Origin: a virus
IMG/VR virus record: IMGVR_UViG_3300009151_000044
Coordinates: 1 to 64,000 of that record
DNA: 64,000 nt
Direction: 5' to 3' (one strand)
The position numbers and the translations under genes were made by a program. The first letter of the stretch is position 1; each line of letters opens with the position of its first letter. Positions 9,551-22,400 of the stretch are shown in pieces. The notes below the pieces were generated by a model that ran no database searches, was not told where the DNA came from, and saw nothing but the letters and a program-made list of their open reading frames with translations.

Positions 9551-9993
9551 TGAGTTCAAACGGAAATTTATACACTAAAATAGCATTGCCAGCTGCCAAT
9601 CGTGCCGAAGATATTCATCCTAAGATGTACAAGGGATTTAGTACGCTAAGTGCTGATACAGAAAATTATAGTTTATACGACTTATCTTTGATACAGCAAG
9701 ATTTGTTAAATCATTTTAATGTTCGTCAAGGCGAGCGATTAATGAATCCTGCGTTTGGCACAATTATCTGGGACTTATTATTTGAACCACTAACTGAAGA
9801 CCTCAAAGGATTAATTTTAGAAAACGTAAATCAGATTATCAATTATGATCCTCGAGTTAAAGCTGACAACGTTATTGTTACATCCTATGAAAGCGGAATA
9901 CAAATTGAATGCTTTTTAACTTACCTGCCGTATAACATCAGCCAGAGTCTACAACTACGTTTTGACCAGGCAAACGGCCTGTTGGCAGCATAA
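9550..9993 (+). CDS. gp25: Baseplate wedge protein gp25-like
   Basis: QGERLMNPAFGTIIWDLLFEP...YDPRV. Confidence 0.9.
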   Translation: MSSNGNLYTKIALPAANRAEDIHPKMYKGFSTLSADTENYSLYDLSLIQQDLLNHFNVRQGERLMNPAFGTIIWDLLFEPLTEDLKGLILENVNQIINYDPRVKADNVIVTSYESGIQIECFLTYLPYNISQSLQLRFDQANGLLAA

Positions 9994-10014
9994 TATACGC
10001 AGATAATTTTATTC

Positions 10015-10022
10015 AATAAATA
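10015..10022 (+). promoter_or_regulatory. Late-promoter-like motif (AATAAATA)
   Basis: Intergenic, upstream of the AGGA RBS and ATG 10041. Confidence 0.65.
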
Positions 10023-10040
10023 CAAGATATAGGATAAATC

Positions 10041-13000
10041 ATGAGTTCAACCGATAGACAAAATAGGTTATTAGTAGCTGAGGACTGGAAAAAAGTCTAT
10101 CAGAGTTTCAGAAACGCAGACTTTCAGAGTTACGATTTTGAAAATCTTCGCAGGACCATGATCGATTATATCCGTCAAAATTATCCTGAAGATTACAACG
10201 ACTACATTGAATCTAGCGAATACCTTGCCCTCATTGATCTTATCGCATTTATGGGGCAAAGTATTGCTTTCCGTGTTGACTTAAATGCTCGCGAAAATTT
10301 CTTAGAATTAGCAGAGCGTCGAGAATCAGTATTAAGATTAGCACGTATGTTGAGTTATAATGCTAAACGCAACGTGGCAGCTTCTGGTGTTTTAAAATTC
10401 TCATCAGTTCAAACTACTCAAAATGTCATTGACAGTAACGGTCGAAACTTATCAGGCCAAGTAATTGCGTGGAACGATGCGTCAAACGATAACTGGTACG
10501 ATCAGTTTATTAAGATTATGAACGCGGCTATGGCGCCCACTCAACAATTTGGAAGCCCGTCTGACAAAGCAGATGTTTACGGAATTCCAACAGAGCAATA
10601 TAGATTTAATGCGGCCAATAATGATGTGCCGGTATACGCATTTACTAAATCTGTTGGCGGTCGCAACATGAATTTTGAAATAACTAGCACTACATTTACC
10701 GGACAAAATTATATCTATGAGGAGCCGCCATCGGTTGGTAATAAGATGGCGTGTATATATCGTGATGACGGGCGCGGCCCGAGCAGTAGAGGATCGGGTT
10801 TCTTTTTAAATTTTACACAAGGTACTTTGAATCAAGGATCATTTACTATTACTCAACCAAGCTCAACAGAATCAGTTGACATTGATTCTACTAACATTAA
10901 TAATAACGATGTATGGTTATATAAATTAAATCAAGCAGGAATTGAAACTGAAAAATGGTCAAAAGTTTCTAGTTTTGAAGGCAACAACATTATTTACAAT
11001 AGCCTTAATAAAAAGATTAGAAATATTTATGGAGTAGTAACTAGAGCAGGAGATGCTATTAGTCTAACATTTAGCGATGGCATATTTGGAAATTTACCAT
11101 TAGGTATATTTAGAGTATACTATCGAATCAGTAACGGGCTTGCGTACACTATCAATACTCAAGATATCCGTAGTGTAACAATTAATATTCCTTATTATTC
11201 TAGCTCTAATCAACAAGAAACATTGACCATTTCTTTAAGTCTAGCTACCTCTGTATCTAATGCGGATGTTTCAGAAACTAGCGACAGCATTAAAGCCAAT
11301 GCTCCGCAAACATACTATACACAAAATAGAATGATTACAGGCGAGGACTATAATATTAGTCCGCTATCAGCAAGTACTCAAGTAGCAAAAGTAAAAGCAG
11401 TTAACCGAACAAGTAGCGGCATTAGTCGATATTTTGATCTAGTAGATCCAACAGGAAAATATAGTTCTACAAATCTATTTGCCACAGATGGTATCATTTA
11501 TAATGAAAAATACAAATCGCAAACACGATTTAGTTATGCTAATAAAACAGATATTGAAGGCGTAATTTATAATAATGTTTTTGATATATTAACTAGAAAA
11601 AATTTACGTAATTTTTATTATTCAAACTTTAATAATTTTATCACATCCAGTCTTAATATTTCTTGGTTTAATCGTACAACCGATACTGGAATGTCATCTG
11701 GGTACATTGGCGCAACTGACGGCACTCCGTATAAAGTGGGTTCATACACTAGTACTGATTTAAAATATTTTACTTCTGGATCTTTAATTAAATTTATTCC
11801 ACCGGCCGGCTATTATTTTAATACTAATAATAATAACTCATTGGTACTACAAACCGTGCCTGCTAGTCCCGGAACGAGCGCATACTTATGGGCAGAAGTT
11901 ATATCGGTCGTAGACGACGGTACTGCGGTTGGTACTGGAACATTATCTACAGGGTTCGGCCCATTGATGTTGAATAGAGTAGTTCCTACAGATGCTACAA
12001 TAACACAAATTCTGCCAAAGTGGAGAACAGTGATTGATAGTACAGTTATCACTACTATGATAGAATTAATCTTTGCTAACAAACCGTTCGGCCTAAGATA
12101 TAGTAGTGTTACTCAAACATGGCAAATTGTATTCGAGTCAAATCTTGATATAGTATCTCAATTCAGTCTTGGTAAACAAGGTGACGTTTCTAATAAGCAA
12201 CAAGACGCTAGTTGGTTATTGTTGTTTACTACTGATAACGAATATTATACTATTACTAGCCGTGAAGAACAATACATTTTTGAAAGTAACCAACAAATTA
12301 GATTTTACTTTGATAGTAGCAATAAAATTTATGATAGTCGTTCTAATTCAGTAGTTAAGGACAATATTAATATTCTGAGTGTTAATACACAACCGGGTGT
12401 TACTAGTCCGTTCACTCGTGATCAAGTATGGGATGTTGTTTCTGAGTTTATTGGTCTTGATGGATATATTGATACTAAAAAATTGATAGTATCATTTGCT
12501 GATTCTGACGATAACAATGTTGTCGATGACCCTGAATTGTTTATGAATATAGTTGATCCACTAACAAACCCAACGACAAAATATATCCTACAAGAAAAAT
12601 ATTTAATTAGTCAAGGCCAAGAAGATTATAGATATATTACAAATACTGATAATAAAGTGATAGTGTTGCCAACAGATCCTAACGCATATGGTTCTTATGT
12701 TGACGGACAATATTTTTATTTCATTGATACTGATACTGTAAAAAAATTAAATGCGTCTACTGGCAAATTAACTACCAGTTTAGATTATAAAGTTTTTGTT
12801 GGCCGCGATAATCTAAAATTCCAATATACTCATAGTGCCGATTACGAATCAAGAGTTGATCCAGGATCAAGCAACATTATGGATGTATTTGTCCTAACAA
12901 CGGGATATGATACTGCATTTAGGCAATGGTTGAACGGTGCTAATATAACAAAACCGTTAGCACCAAGCTCAGACGAATTATATAATACTGTTGCTCCATC

Positions 13001-13499
13001 GTTAAATTTAATTAAGTCAATTAGTGACGAAATTGTATATCATCCTGTAAGTTATAAAATTTTATTTGGCGCAACGGCTGATGAAGATGTTCAAGCAAGT
13101 TTTAAAATTGTAAAAAATGCTGGGCAAGTACTGACCGACAATGATGTTAAAGCTCGTGTTATCACAGCAATGAATCAATTTTTTGCTTTAGAAAATTGGG
13201 AATTTGGAGACACTTTCTATTTTACTGAGCTAGCAACATATATCGTAAATCAACTTGCCCCGGACATTAGTAATTTTGTCATTGTGCCTAGACAATCTGG
13301 TTTAAACTTTGGCAGCTTATTTGAAATTAAGTCAGCAACTGATCAAATTTTTATTAACGGAGCAACAGTTAACGATATTGAGATTATCTCCGGTATAACA
13401 TCAAGCGCCATTAAATCAATAAGCGGCACAACAGTATCATCGACAGCGACTTCTCAACAAACAATTACAAGTTCAACATACGGATCAACAAATGGCTGA
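10041..13499 (+). CDS. gp6: Baseplate wedge protein gp6-like
   Basis: DFENLR...ENFLELAERRESVLRLARMLSY; FSDGIFGNLP; QNRMITGEDY. Confidence 0.85.
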   Translation: MSSTDRQNRLLVAEDWKKVYQSFRNADFQSYDFENLRRTMIDYIRQNYPEDYNDYIESSEYLALIDLIAFMGQSIAFRVDLNARENFLELAERRESVLRLARMLSYNAKRNVAASGVLKFSSVQTTQNVIDSNGRNLSGQVIAWNDASNDNWYDQFIKIMNAAMAPTQQFGSPSDKADVYGIPTEQYRFNAANNDVPVYAFTKSVGGRNMNFEITSTTFTGQNYIYEEPPSVGNKMACIYRDDGRGPSSRGSGFFLNFTQGTLNQGSFTITQPSSTESVDIDSTNINNNDVWLYKLNQAGIETEKWSKVSSFEGNNIIYNSLNKKIRNIYGVVTRAGDAISLTFSDGIFGNLPLGIFRVYYRISNGLAYTINTQDIRSVTINIPYYSSSNQQETLTISLSLATSVSNADVSETSDSIKANAPQTYYTQNRMITGEDYNISPLSASTQVAKVKAVNRTSSGISRYFDLVDPTGKYSSTNLFATDGIIYNEKYKSQTRFSYANKTDIEGVIYNNVFDILTRKNLRNFYYSNFNNFITSSLNISWFNRTTDTGMSSGYIGATDGTPYKVGSYTSTDLKYFTSGSLIKFIPPAGYYFNTNNNNSLVLQTVPASPGTSAYLWAEVISVVDDGTAVGTGTLSTGFGPLMLNRVVPTDATITQILPKWRTVIDSTVITTMIELIFANKPFGLRYSSVTQTWQIVFESNLDIVSQFSLGKQGDVSNKQQDASWLLLFTTDNEYYTITSREEQYIFESNQQIRFYFDSSNKIYDSRSNSVVKDNINILSVNTQPGVTSPFTRDQVWDVVSEFIGLDGYIDTKKLIVSFADSDDNNVVDDPELFMNIVDPLTNPTTKYILQEKYLISQGQEDYRYITNTDNKVIVLPTDPNAYGSYVDGQYFYFIDTDTVKKLNASTGKLTTSLDYKVFVGRDNLKFQYTHSADYESRVDPGSSNIMDVFVLTTGYDTAFRQWLNGANITKPLAPSSDELYNTVAPSLNLIKSISDEIVYHPVSYKILFGATADEDVQASFKIVKNAGQVLTDNDVKARVITAMNQFFALENWEFGDTFYFTELATYIVNQLAPDISNFVIVPRQSGLNFGSLFEIKSATDQIFINGATVNDIEIISGITSSAIKSISGTTVSSTATSQQTITSSTYGSTNG

Positions 13500-16400
13500 T
13501 AGCATTAATCCAAATAAAAATAAAGTTTCTAGTTTTCTTCCAAGATTTTATAGATCGGATTCAAATAAGAAATTTACACAGGCTACCCTTGATCAATTAG
13601 TACAGCCCGGGACAGTTGATAAACTTAACGGTTTTGTTGGAAGAAAAAATGCTAAAGCAAGTACCGGTAAAGATATCTTTATTAAAGAGATTAGCGACCA
13701 ACGGCAAAATTATCAATTAGAACCAGGAATGGTTATTAAAGATGCGTTAGATAATGTAACATTTTTTAAAGACTATATTGACTATATTAATCAACTTGAT
13801 GTATTCGGTGGCAATGTTAAGAATCATGCCCGTTTAAATAAGCAAGAATTTTATTCATGGGATCCTCATATTGACTGGGATAAGTTTGTTAACTTTCAAA
13901 ATTATTACTGGTTGCCATACGGCCCCGATGTAATCGCCATAGCCGGCCAGCAACAAAAAATTGAAAGTACATATACTGTTACTGTTGAAACAGAAGGTAA
14001 TAGTTTTGAATATGTGTTTACTCCTAACGGGTTAACTCGAAATCCAACAATTAAATTATATAAAGGGCAAACTTATAAATTTGAAATTAATAGTCCCGGA
14101 AATCCGTTTAGTATTAAAACTGTTAGATCATTAGGCACATTAGACAGATATAAAACATTTGGATTAGATGGTGTTGCGGTTGAAAACGGTACAATTACCT
14201 TTACAGTCCCAACAGATGCCCCGGACGTATTATATTATGTGAGTGAATCAGATATTGATCTCGGCGGAGTATTCCAAATATTTTCAATAAATGAAAATAC
14301 AAAAATTGATGTTGAACAAGAAATCATTGGTAAAAAGAATTACTCCCTAGCTAACGGCACTGCCCTTAGCAACGGAATGAAAGTAAAATTTATCGGCGGC
14401 GTAATGCCTTTATCATACGCTTCTGGTGAATATTATGTCGAAGGCGTAGGTACTGCTATTATTTTAATTAACGCATCAGAGCTGGCACTGATTAGCGCAT
14501 ACACTCAGTCTGAATCAATTTTATTTGATTCGACGCCGTTCGATAATATGCCGTTTAGTGATGCTACAGCATTTGCTGGTACTCCTGATTACATTGCGAT
14601 CAATAGGGCTAGTCTAGATAAGAATCCATGGTCTCGTTATAATAGATGGTTTCATATTGATGTGGTTAATTCAAGTGCTGCATTTAATAATAAAATTCCC
14701 AGTCTTGATCAGAATGCTCGAGCAGTTCGACCAATTATTGAATTTGAACCGGGACTAAAATTATTTAATTTTGGACTTCAGTCGGTTGCTGATATCGATT
14801 TGATCGATACGTATACCACTGATGTATTTTCTACAATTGAAGGGTCGTTAGGGTATAACGTTGACGGAATACCGTTGGTTCAAGGCCAACGAGTATTGTT
14901 TACTGCCGACAGTGATGGGTTTGTAAATAATAAAATTTATAAAGTTGAGTTTATTGATGTATTGCATCTCAATACAGGTAGTCGACAAATACATCTTGTT
15001 TTAGAAACTGAACCAGCGTTACATAATGTTGTATTAGTTAAACAAGGTACATCGAATGTTGGTAAATCATATTGGTTTGACGGAAGTACCTGGATAGCCG
15101 GCCAACAAAAAACTATTTTAAATCAACCACCGTTGTTTGATATTGTTGATGATAACATTGTTAGTTATGGTGATACTAATGCGTACGAAGGTTCTACTTT
15201 TAAAGGAACTAAATTATTTTCATATAAGATTGGCACTGGCGCAGCCGATGGTAAATTAGGATTTCCGTTAACCTATAAGAATATTAGTAACATTGGCGAT
15301 ATTGTTTTTAATTTTAATATTTTAACAGACACATTTAGGTATAAAGATTTAGCGAATGTCATTGATAAAAATATTAACGTGGGATATCTTACCTTAATAT
15401 CGCCTGAAACAAAAGCTATCAAATACGCCAACGGCTGGAAAACTTCCTTAGCAACACATAATCAAGCAGCCATCAGGATTTATAAAAATTCAAATTTAAC
15501 AAACAATTTTGAAATTGATATATTTGATAACAAGGACGATTTAACAGACTTAGTAGTACGTTTATATGTTAACGGTCGCCGCCTTGATAAATCATTATGG
15601 ACGATAGTAACAGGACCAGTTTATAAGAAAATAGTACTAACAACTGACATATCTATAGACGATGTGCTGACTATTAAGACATTTGCTAGACAACCAATCA
15701 ACACTAAGGGTTACTACGAAACCCCGATTAATTTACAAAATAATCCATTAAATAATAATCTTGCTGATTTTACATTGGGCGAAGTTATTGATCATGTAAG
15801 CTCTATAGTTGATAATGTAGAAGCATTTGAAGGAAATTACCCAGGCGCAGGTAACCTTAGAGATTTAGGCGATATTACACCTTACGGCACCAAGTTTGTT
15901 CAACACAGCGGTCCAATGGGACTAGCGTTATATCATATTACTAATCAAGAAAATAATATTATTCGCGCAATCGAAAATGCTAAAAATGATTATAATAAAT
16001 TCAAAAGGAATTTTATATCAATCATTGATTCTTTAGAAGTATATTCTACAGATGTAGTAACACAAGTTAACTTGATTTTACAAGCAATTAATAAAGACAA
16101 GCCTGCTAGTGTGGCATATTATTTTAGTGATATGCTAGGTTACAGTGCTAATCAATACAATGAGTATCCGGTAATTGATTATAGAATACAATCATATCCG
16201 TTAGTATCTACATTCAGCCTAACTAACTTATCAAATCAAGCAGTTTATATATACTTGAACGGAACACAGCTAGTATACAAAAAAGACTATACGTTTGACG
16301 GTCAAGGATTTGTAGTTATTAGTGCTACACTACATAATGACGACACTATTGGTATTTACGAATACGAAAATACTGACGGATGCTTTATTCCACAAACCCC

Positions 16401-19400
16401 TACTAAATTAGGAATCTGGCCAAGGTACGAGCCTAAAATCTATCTTGATACTAGTTTAGTAACACCGCGCACGATGATACAGGGACATGATGGTAGCCAA
16501 GTACTGGCCTATGGTGATTATCGTGACGATTTAATATTAGAATTAGAAAAAAGAATTTTTAATAATGTAAAAGTTGAGTATGACGCTAGCATTTTTGATA
16601 TCAACGATTTTCTACCAAGTTATGTTAGAACCACTGAATATGACCTAACAGAATTTAACGAAGTGTTATCAACCCAATTTTATAAGTGGACTAGATTAAT
16701 TGATAGAGATTTTACCAAACCATTAAGCTACGACAGAGAGAACAGTCTTACTTATAATTACCAAGGGCATACTGCGATTGACGGAAGGTCAGTTCCGGGA
16801 TACTGGAGAGGTATATATCGTTGGATGCTAGACACTGACCGCCCTAATCTATGCCCCTGGGAAAGTTTAGGATTTACGATCCAGCCAGCATGGTGGGAGA
16901 CCGTATACGGCCCGGCCCCTTACACCCGAGATAATTTAGTACTTTGGCAAGATTTAAGTCAAGGACTAGTAAAAGAACCAGGTAAGCCAGTAGTAATCTT
17001 AGAAAAATATGTTAGACCTTTCTTGGCTAATAGTATTCCTGTAGACGAAAACGGTAACATCTTAGGACCAATACTGTCAAATCTAGTTAACGGTCCGAAT
17101 ACTGTATCAATTAGTAATGATTTTGTTTTTGGAGATGTTAGTCCGATAGAAGCGGCATGGCGTAGAGGTAGCTACTATCCGTTTAGCTTTTTAATAACTG
17201 CCATGTTAACTGCTCCGGCAAAAACTTTTGGTTTACTATTGGATCGTTCAAGAGTTATTAGAAATTTAACCGGACAGCTAGTGTATAAAGATACTGGACT
17301 ACGTATTCGACCAACCGACGTGGTACTGCCTAGTATATATTCTAGTACAACTAGAGTACAGACCGCAGGTGTAATCAACTATATTATTGATTATGTCCTT
17401 AGCGATAATTTAAGATCTTACACCGACTACTCGTATAATTTAAAGCATCTTAATATGCAGCTAAGTTATCGATTGGGTGCGTTTACTAGTAAAGAAAAAT
17501 TTAACTTGCTGTTAGACAGTAAAACCCCTTCAAGCTCGGGTAGTGTTTTTGTCCCGCAAGAAGACTATAATATTATTTTAAATGTTAGTAGTCCTGTTAA
17601 AAAAATTACGTACAGCGGCGTCATTGTTACTAAATTACCAGACGGCTTTGAGGTCAAAGGCTACAGTCAAATACAACCATATTTTAAATATTTTCCATAT
17701 ATAAAAAATGGACCAACAATTAATATTGGAGGTATCTCAGAAAGTTTTTCAACGTGGACTGCTGGGGAACAATATGCTGTTGGCAAGGTTGTAAAATATA
17801 ATAATCGTTACTACAGAGTAAAGGTTTTTCATGTATCGAGCAGTGTTTTTAATGAAGCATACGTTCAACCATTAGGCAGCTTACCAATTATTGGCGGTCA
17901 GGAGGCTGTGTTTAGAACAGAATGGGATATCTCTGTAGAAATTACAGTACCATACGGCACAAAATTTAGAACTATTCAAGAAACTGTTGATTTTATTATT
18001 GGATACGGCGAATGGTTAAAATCCCAAGGATTTATATTTGATGATTTTAATAATAACATTGCATTAATTACCAACTGGGAAACCAGTGCCAAAGAATTTT
18101 TATTCTGGACAACACAAAATTGGTCTTCAGGACAAGAAAAATGGGCTGAATGGACACCATTTACTACGACTGAATATCAAGAAATTATTCGTTATAATGG
18201 GGACTATTATCAAGCTATTCGCAAATCCGTATCAGAAAATTTATTCATAGAAGATGACTATGTAAAGCTAGACGGGTTAAGTACGGTTGGCAGCTCAGTA
18301 ATATCATTAAGTCCGTCTGCTAGTAAAGTAACTTTTAGTATACCGTACTCAGTAGTAGACGATATTAAAAATCCGTTCCACGAATATGAAATTTTTAAAG
18401 TTGACGGATCGCCAATGCCGCCTCGACTAATTAATTCTTATAGAGAAGATAATGCTGTAAGTTATGCTTCTGTTACAACTGATGGTATTTTTGGCGCAAC
18501 GTTTTTCTTAGTACAAAAAGAACAAGTGGTATTAATAAACAATTCTACAATGTTTAATGACACAATCTATAATCCAGAAAGTGGTTATAGACAGGAGCGT
18601 ATTAAAGTAGCCGGATATGTAAGTACAAACTGGTTTGGAGGATTTGATGTTCCTGGCTTTATCTTCGACCAAGCAAATATTCAAGTATGGTCCTCATGGA
18701 CAGATTATGCGCTAGGCGACATCATTAAGTATAAAGAATTTTATTATAGCGCCAATCAATTTACACCGGGTACAGAAACCTTTATACCGAGTAACTGGAT
18801 CAAATTAGATACCAAGCCGACTCCTCGATTAATACCTAACTGGACATATAAGGCTTCACAATTTGAAGACTTCTATAGCCTAGACAGCGACAATTTTGAC
18901 ATCGGCCAACAACGGGCTGCACAGCATTTAATTGGGTACCAAAAGCGCCAATATCTTGAAAACATTATTAAAGATGATGTTAGTGAATACAAATTTTATC
19001 AAGGTATGATTATTGAAAAAGGTACACAAAACGTTCTTAACAAATTGTTTGACGTATTAAGTGCCGAAGGGCAAGAAAGTATAGTATTTGACGAAGAATG
19101 GGCAGTGCGTGTTGGACAATACGGTGCCAGTGCTGCCTTTGAAAACATTGAATTTATATTACCGGAGAGCTTGTTTAAAAACAATCCTCAAGGTTTTGAA
19201 CTGGCAAACAGTACTGATACTGTATCGCAGGACTTTATTATTCGCCAAACACCAAATGATGTTTATTTAAAACCATTAGGTTATAATAATAATCCATGGC
19301 CTGTTGTTAAAAACTACACTCCGTATTTAAGGACCCCTGGGTATGTTCGTCAACATGAAGTTACTGAGGTACTAATAACTCTTGACGATATTGTTAACAG

Positions 19401-22400
19401 TGACATTGATAAGATTAATAACGGTGACTACATTTGGTGCGGGTTTGAAGGCCGTGAATGGAATGTATACAAGTATGTACCTTCTAATTTCACAGTATTA
19501 AATGTAACATATGATCCCGGTAGCAGTGAATTATTTTTAGAAACTGACGCCCTTGTAAAATTACGACCTGGGGAATATATTGGTATTGAAGGCGACAAAA
19601 ATCTCCGGGGCATCGAACAAATCACATTTAAAGGATTTTATAAAGTTATTCGTTTAGAATTAAATGTAGTAGTACTGTCAGCATCTCTTAAGTCAGCTCC
19701 AAATTTTGCTCCTAATTTAATTATACCAGTATTTGTACTACAATCTCAACGGGTATCGAGTATTGACACGGCTGATTCTATAATTACATCTCAACCAACC
19801 AATGGCGACTTGTTATGGACTGACAATTCCGGTGACGGAAAATGGGCTACTTGGAAATTTAATAATGTATACAAATCTACACAGATTGCCGGTTACCTAC
19901 CAACTAAGGGATTAGAATTTGGTCGAACTATTGCGGTAAACAAAGGCGGTAATTTATCAGCAATATCTTCAGGTAACGGCGATGTTTTAATTTATAGTAA
20001 ATCGGTACCCGGCGTGCCTTGGTCTACAACTCAAAGAATTAGCAAACCGTTCACATCGTTAGGATTAGATATTTGGTCGTCTGAAGTATCCTATGCACAA
20101 GGTACTATTGTATTTTATGTTAATGGATGGTATCAAGCTAATGACATTGTTCCAGCAAGGGTTACCCCACCGAGTAGCGTTGCCCATTGGACTAAAATTT
20201 ACTTTTCAGATGTTGTAGCATTATCTCCAGACGGTACATGGCTTGCCGTTGGAAGTCCGTCGGCTAGTAATGTGTCAGTGTCAACCACAATATCTGAACT
20301 TATTACAGTTAACAGATCCGGGACACCATCTGAATTGACCAATCAAGGGGTTGTATCTTTATACAAAAAAAATAATGCTGACTTATTTTCTTTGGTCGAT
20401 ACATTCACTAGTCCATCTTCAGTTGATAATGAAAAATTTGGATCAAATCTAGTTTTTGGTGATAATGTATTATTTGTTGGAGCGATTGGTCGAAATAACA
20501 ATGCTGGTCGAGTTTATCAGTTAAACTACACAGCCGTACCCTATGCTACTGTTTTGTATAACCCAATCGGTAGTATTGATGCTACGATTAAAACAACAAT
20601 ACCTGTTGGTACCGTAGAAGTAGGCATGACAATTGTTGGCACTGGATTTACTAGCGGACAAAAAGTTAAACAAATTTTAAGTCCAACATTATATGTACTA
20701 ACAGCACCCCCTGACACGACCCCGTCGGGCCGCCTAAGTTTTGTAGTTACTCAATGGGTATATGATAACAACACTGGGATAGGCACTGGGGCGGCGCCCA
20801 ATGATCAATTTGGTTATGCTATTAATGTTAGTGGAGATTCGTCTACCCTGGCAATCTCAGCGCCCGATGCGGAGTCGGTTCATGTCTATAAGAAAGTATC
20901 CGGAGTATATACATTAGTTCAAACAGTAACCGGAACTGATTCACGATTTGGAGAAAGTATTTCTTTATCGGACACTGCCGAATATCTTGCGGTTTCGTCA
21001 ATACTAGTCGATGATAAAGAAATCGACCAAGGCGCAGTATTTGTTTATAAAAATATAAATGGATCTTTCATCACATATCAAAACCTTACTAATGTGATGC
21101 CAGAAGCCGCAGAACATTTCGGAAGTAAAATATCATTCATGAATGACTATGGTAGTATTGTAGTGTATAGTACTGCTGCCGATACTTTTGTTCCGACTAC
21201 TTTTGATACTGGCACAACTACTTTTGATGATAAATTAACAAAAATTATAACTCGTCAGCTCAATAGCGGGCGTGTTGACATATACGATCGATACGCTACT
21301 AAATGGGTATTCAGTGAAAGTTTGCCAACAATTAATTCTGAGTATGATTTATACGGTGCCAGTGTAGTAGTTGGCGCTAACCATGTATTTGTTGGGGCTC
21401 CAAACGCGGTTGATCGTACACTCCGTGCTGGTATTGTCTACGAATACAGCAAGCTAGCCAACACTTACAGTTGGTCAATCTTACATAAAGAAATTAATAA
21501 ATTAGATTTAACAAAAATTAAATCTGCGTTTTTATACAATAAGAAAACAAACAAACTGCTTACATACTTAGATGTAATTGATCCAGTACAAGGAAAAATT
21601 CCAGGCGTTGCTGAACAGGAAATTAAATTTAAAACATTTTATGATCCGGCAGTTTATTGCTCGCCAATAGGAACTGCGATAGCTGATAAATCAGTTAACA
21701 TTGACGACGGCATGGCCTGGACCAAAGATCAAGTCGGCATGTTATGGTGGGATTTAAGATCAGCTAAATTTTTAGATAGTCATGATAACGATCCTGTTTA
21801 CAGAAATAGTACATGGAGTACTTTATTTCCCGGAGCATCAATTGATATATATGAATGGGTCGAGTCGACATTATTACCAGCCGCATGGAACGAACAAGCT
21901 GATACTGATGCTGGTATCACATTAGGAATCAGCGGCACCACACTATATGGTAATAATGTATATAGTTACGAAAAACGGTATGATAATGTAGGTAAAGTTA
22001 CAAAATACAAATATTATTATTGGGTAAAGAATAAAAAAACTATCCCAAACATTATCAATCGTAATATGTCTGCCCAAGACGTATCTAATTTAATATCTAA
22101 TCCAAGAGGCGAGGGATATAAGTTTGTAGCATTGACCGGAACTAACTCTTTTAGTTTATTCAACATATCAAATTTATTAAAAGATACTGATGTTGTATTA
22201 TCTGTACAATATTGGATCGCCGACCATATCGATCAAAACATACATAGTCAGTGGAAAATAATTAGTAGGAATAAAAATACTGTATTGCCAACAGCTATTG
22301 AAACAAAATGGTTTGACAGTTTATGTGGCAAAGATCAGCAGGGACGATTAGTTCCTGACAATAGCTTGCCTCCTAAATTACAATATGGTATTGAAAATAG

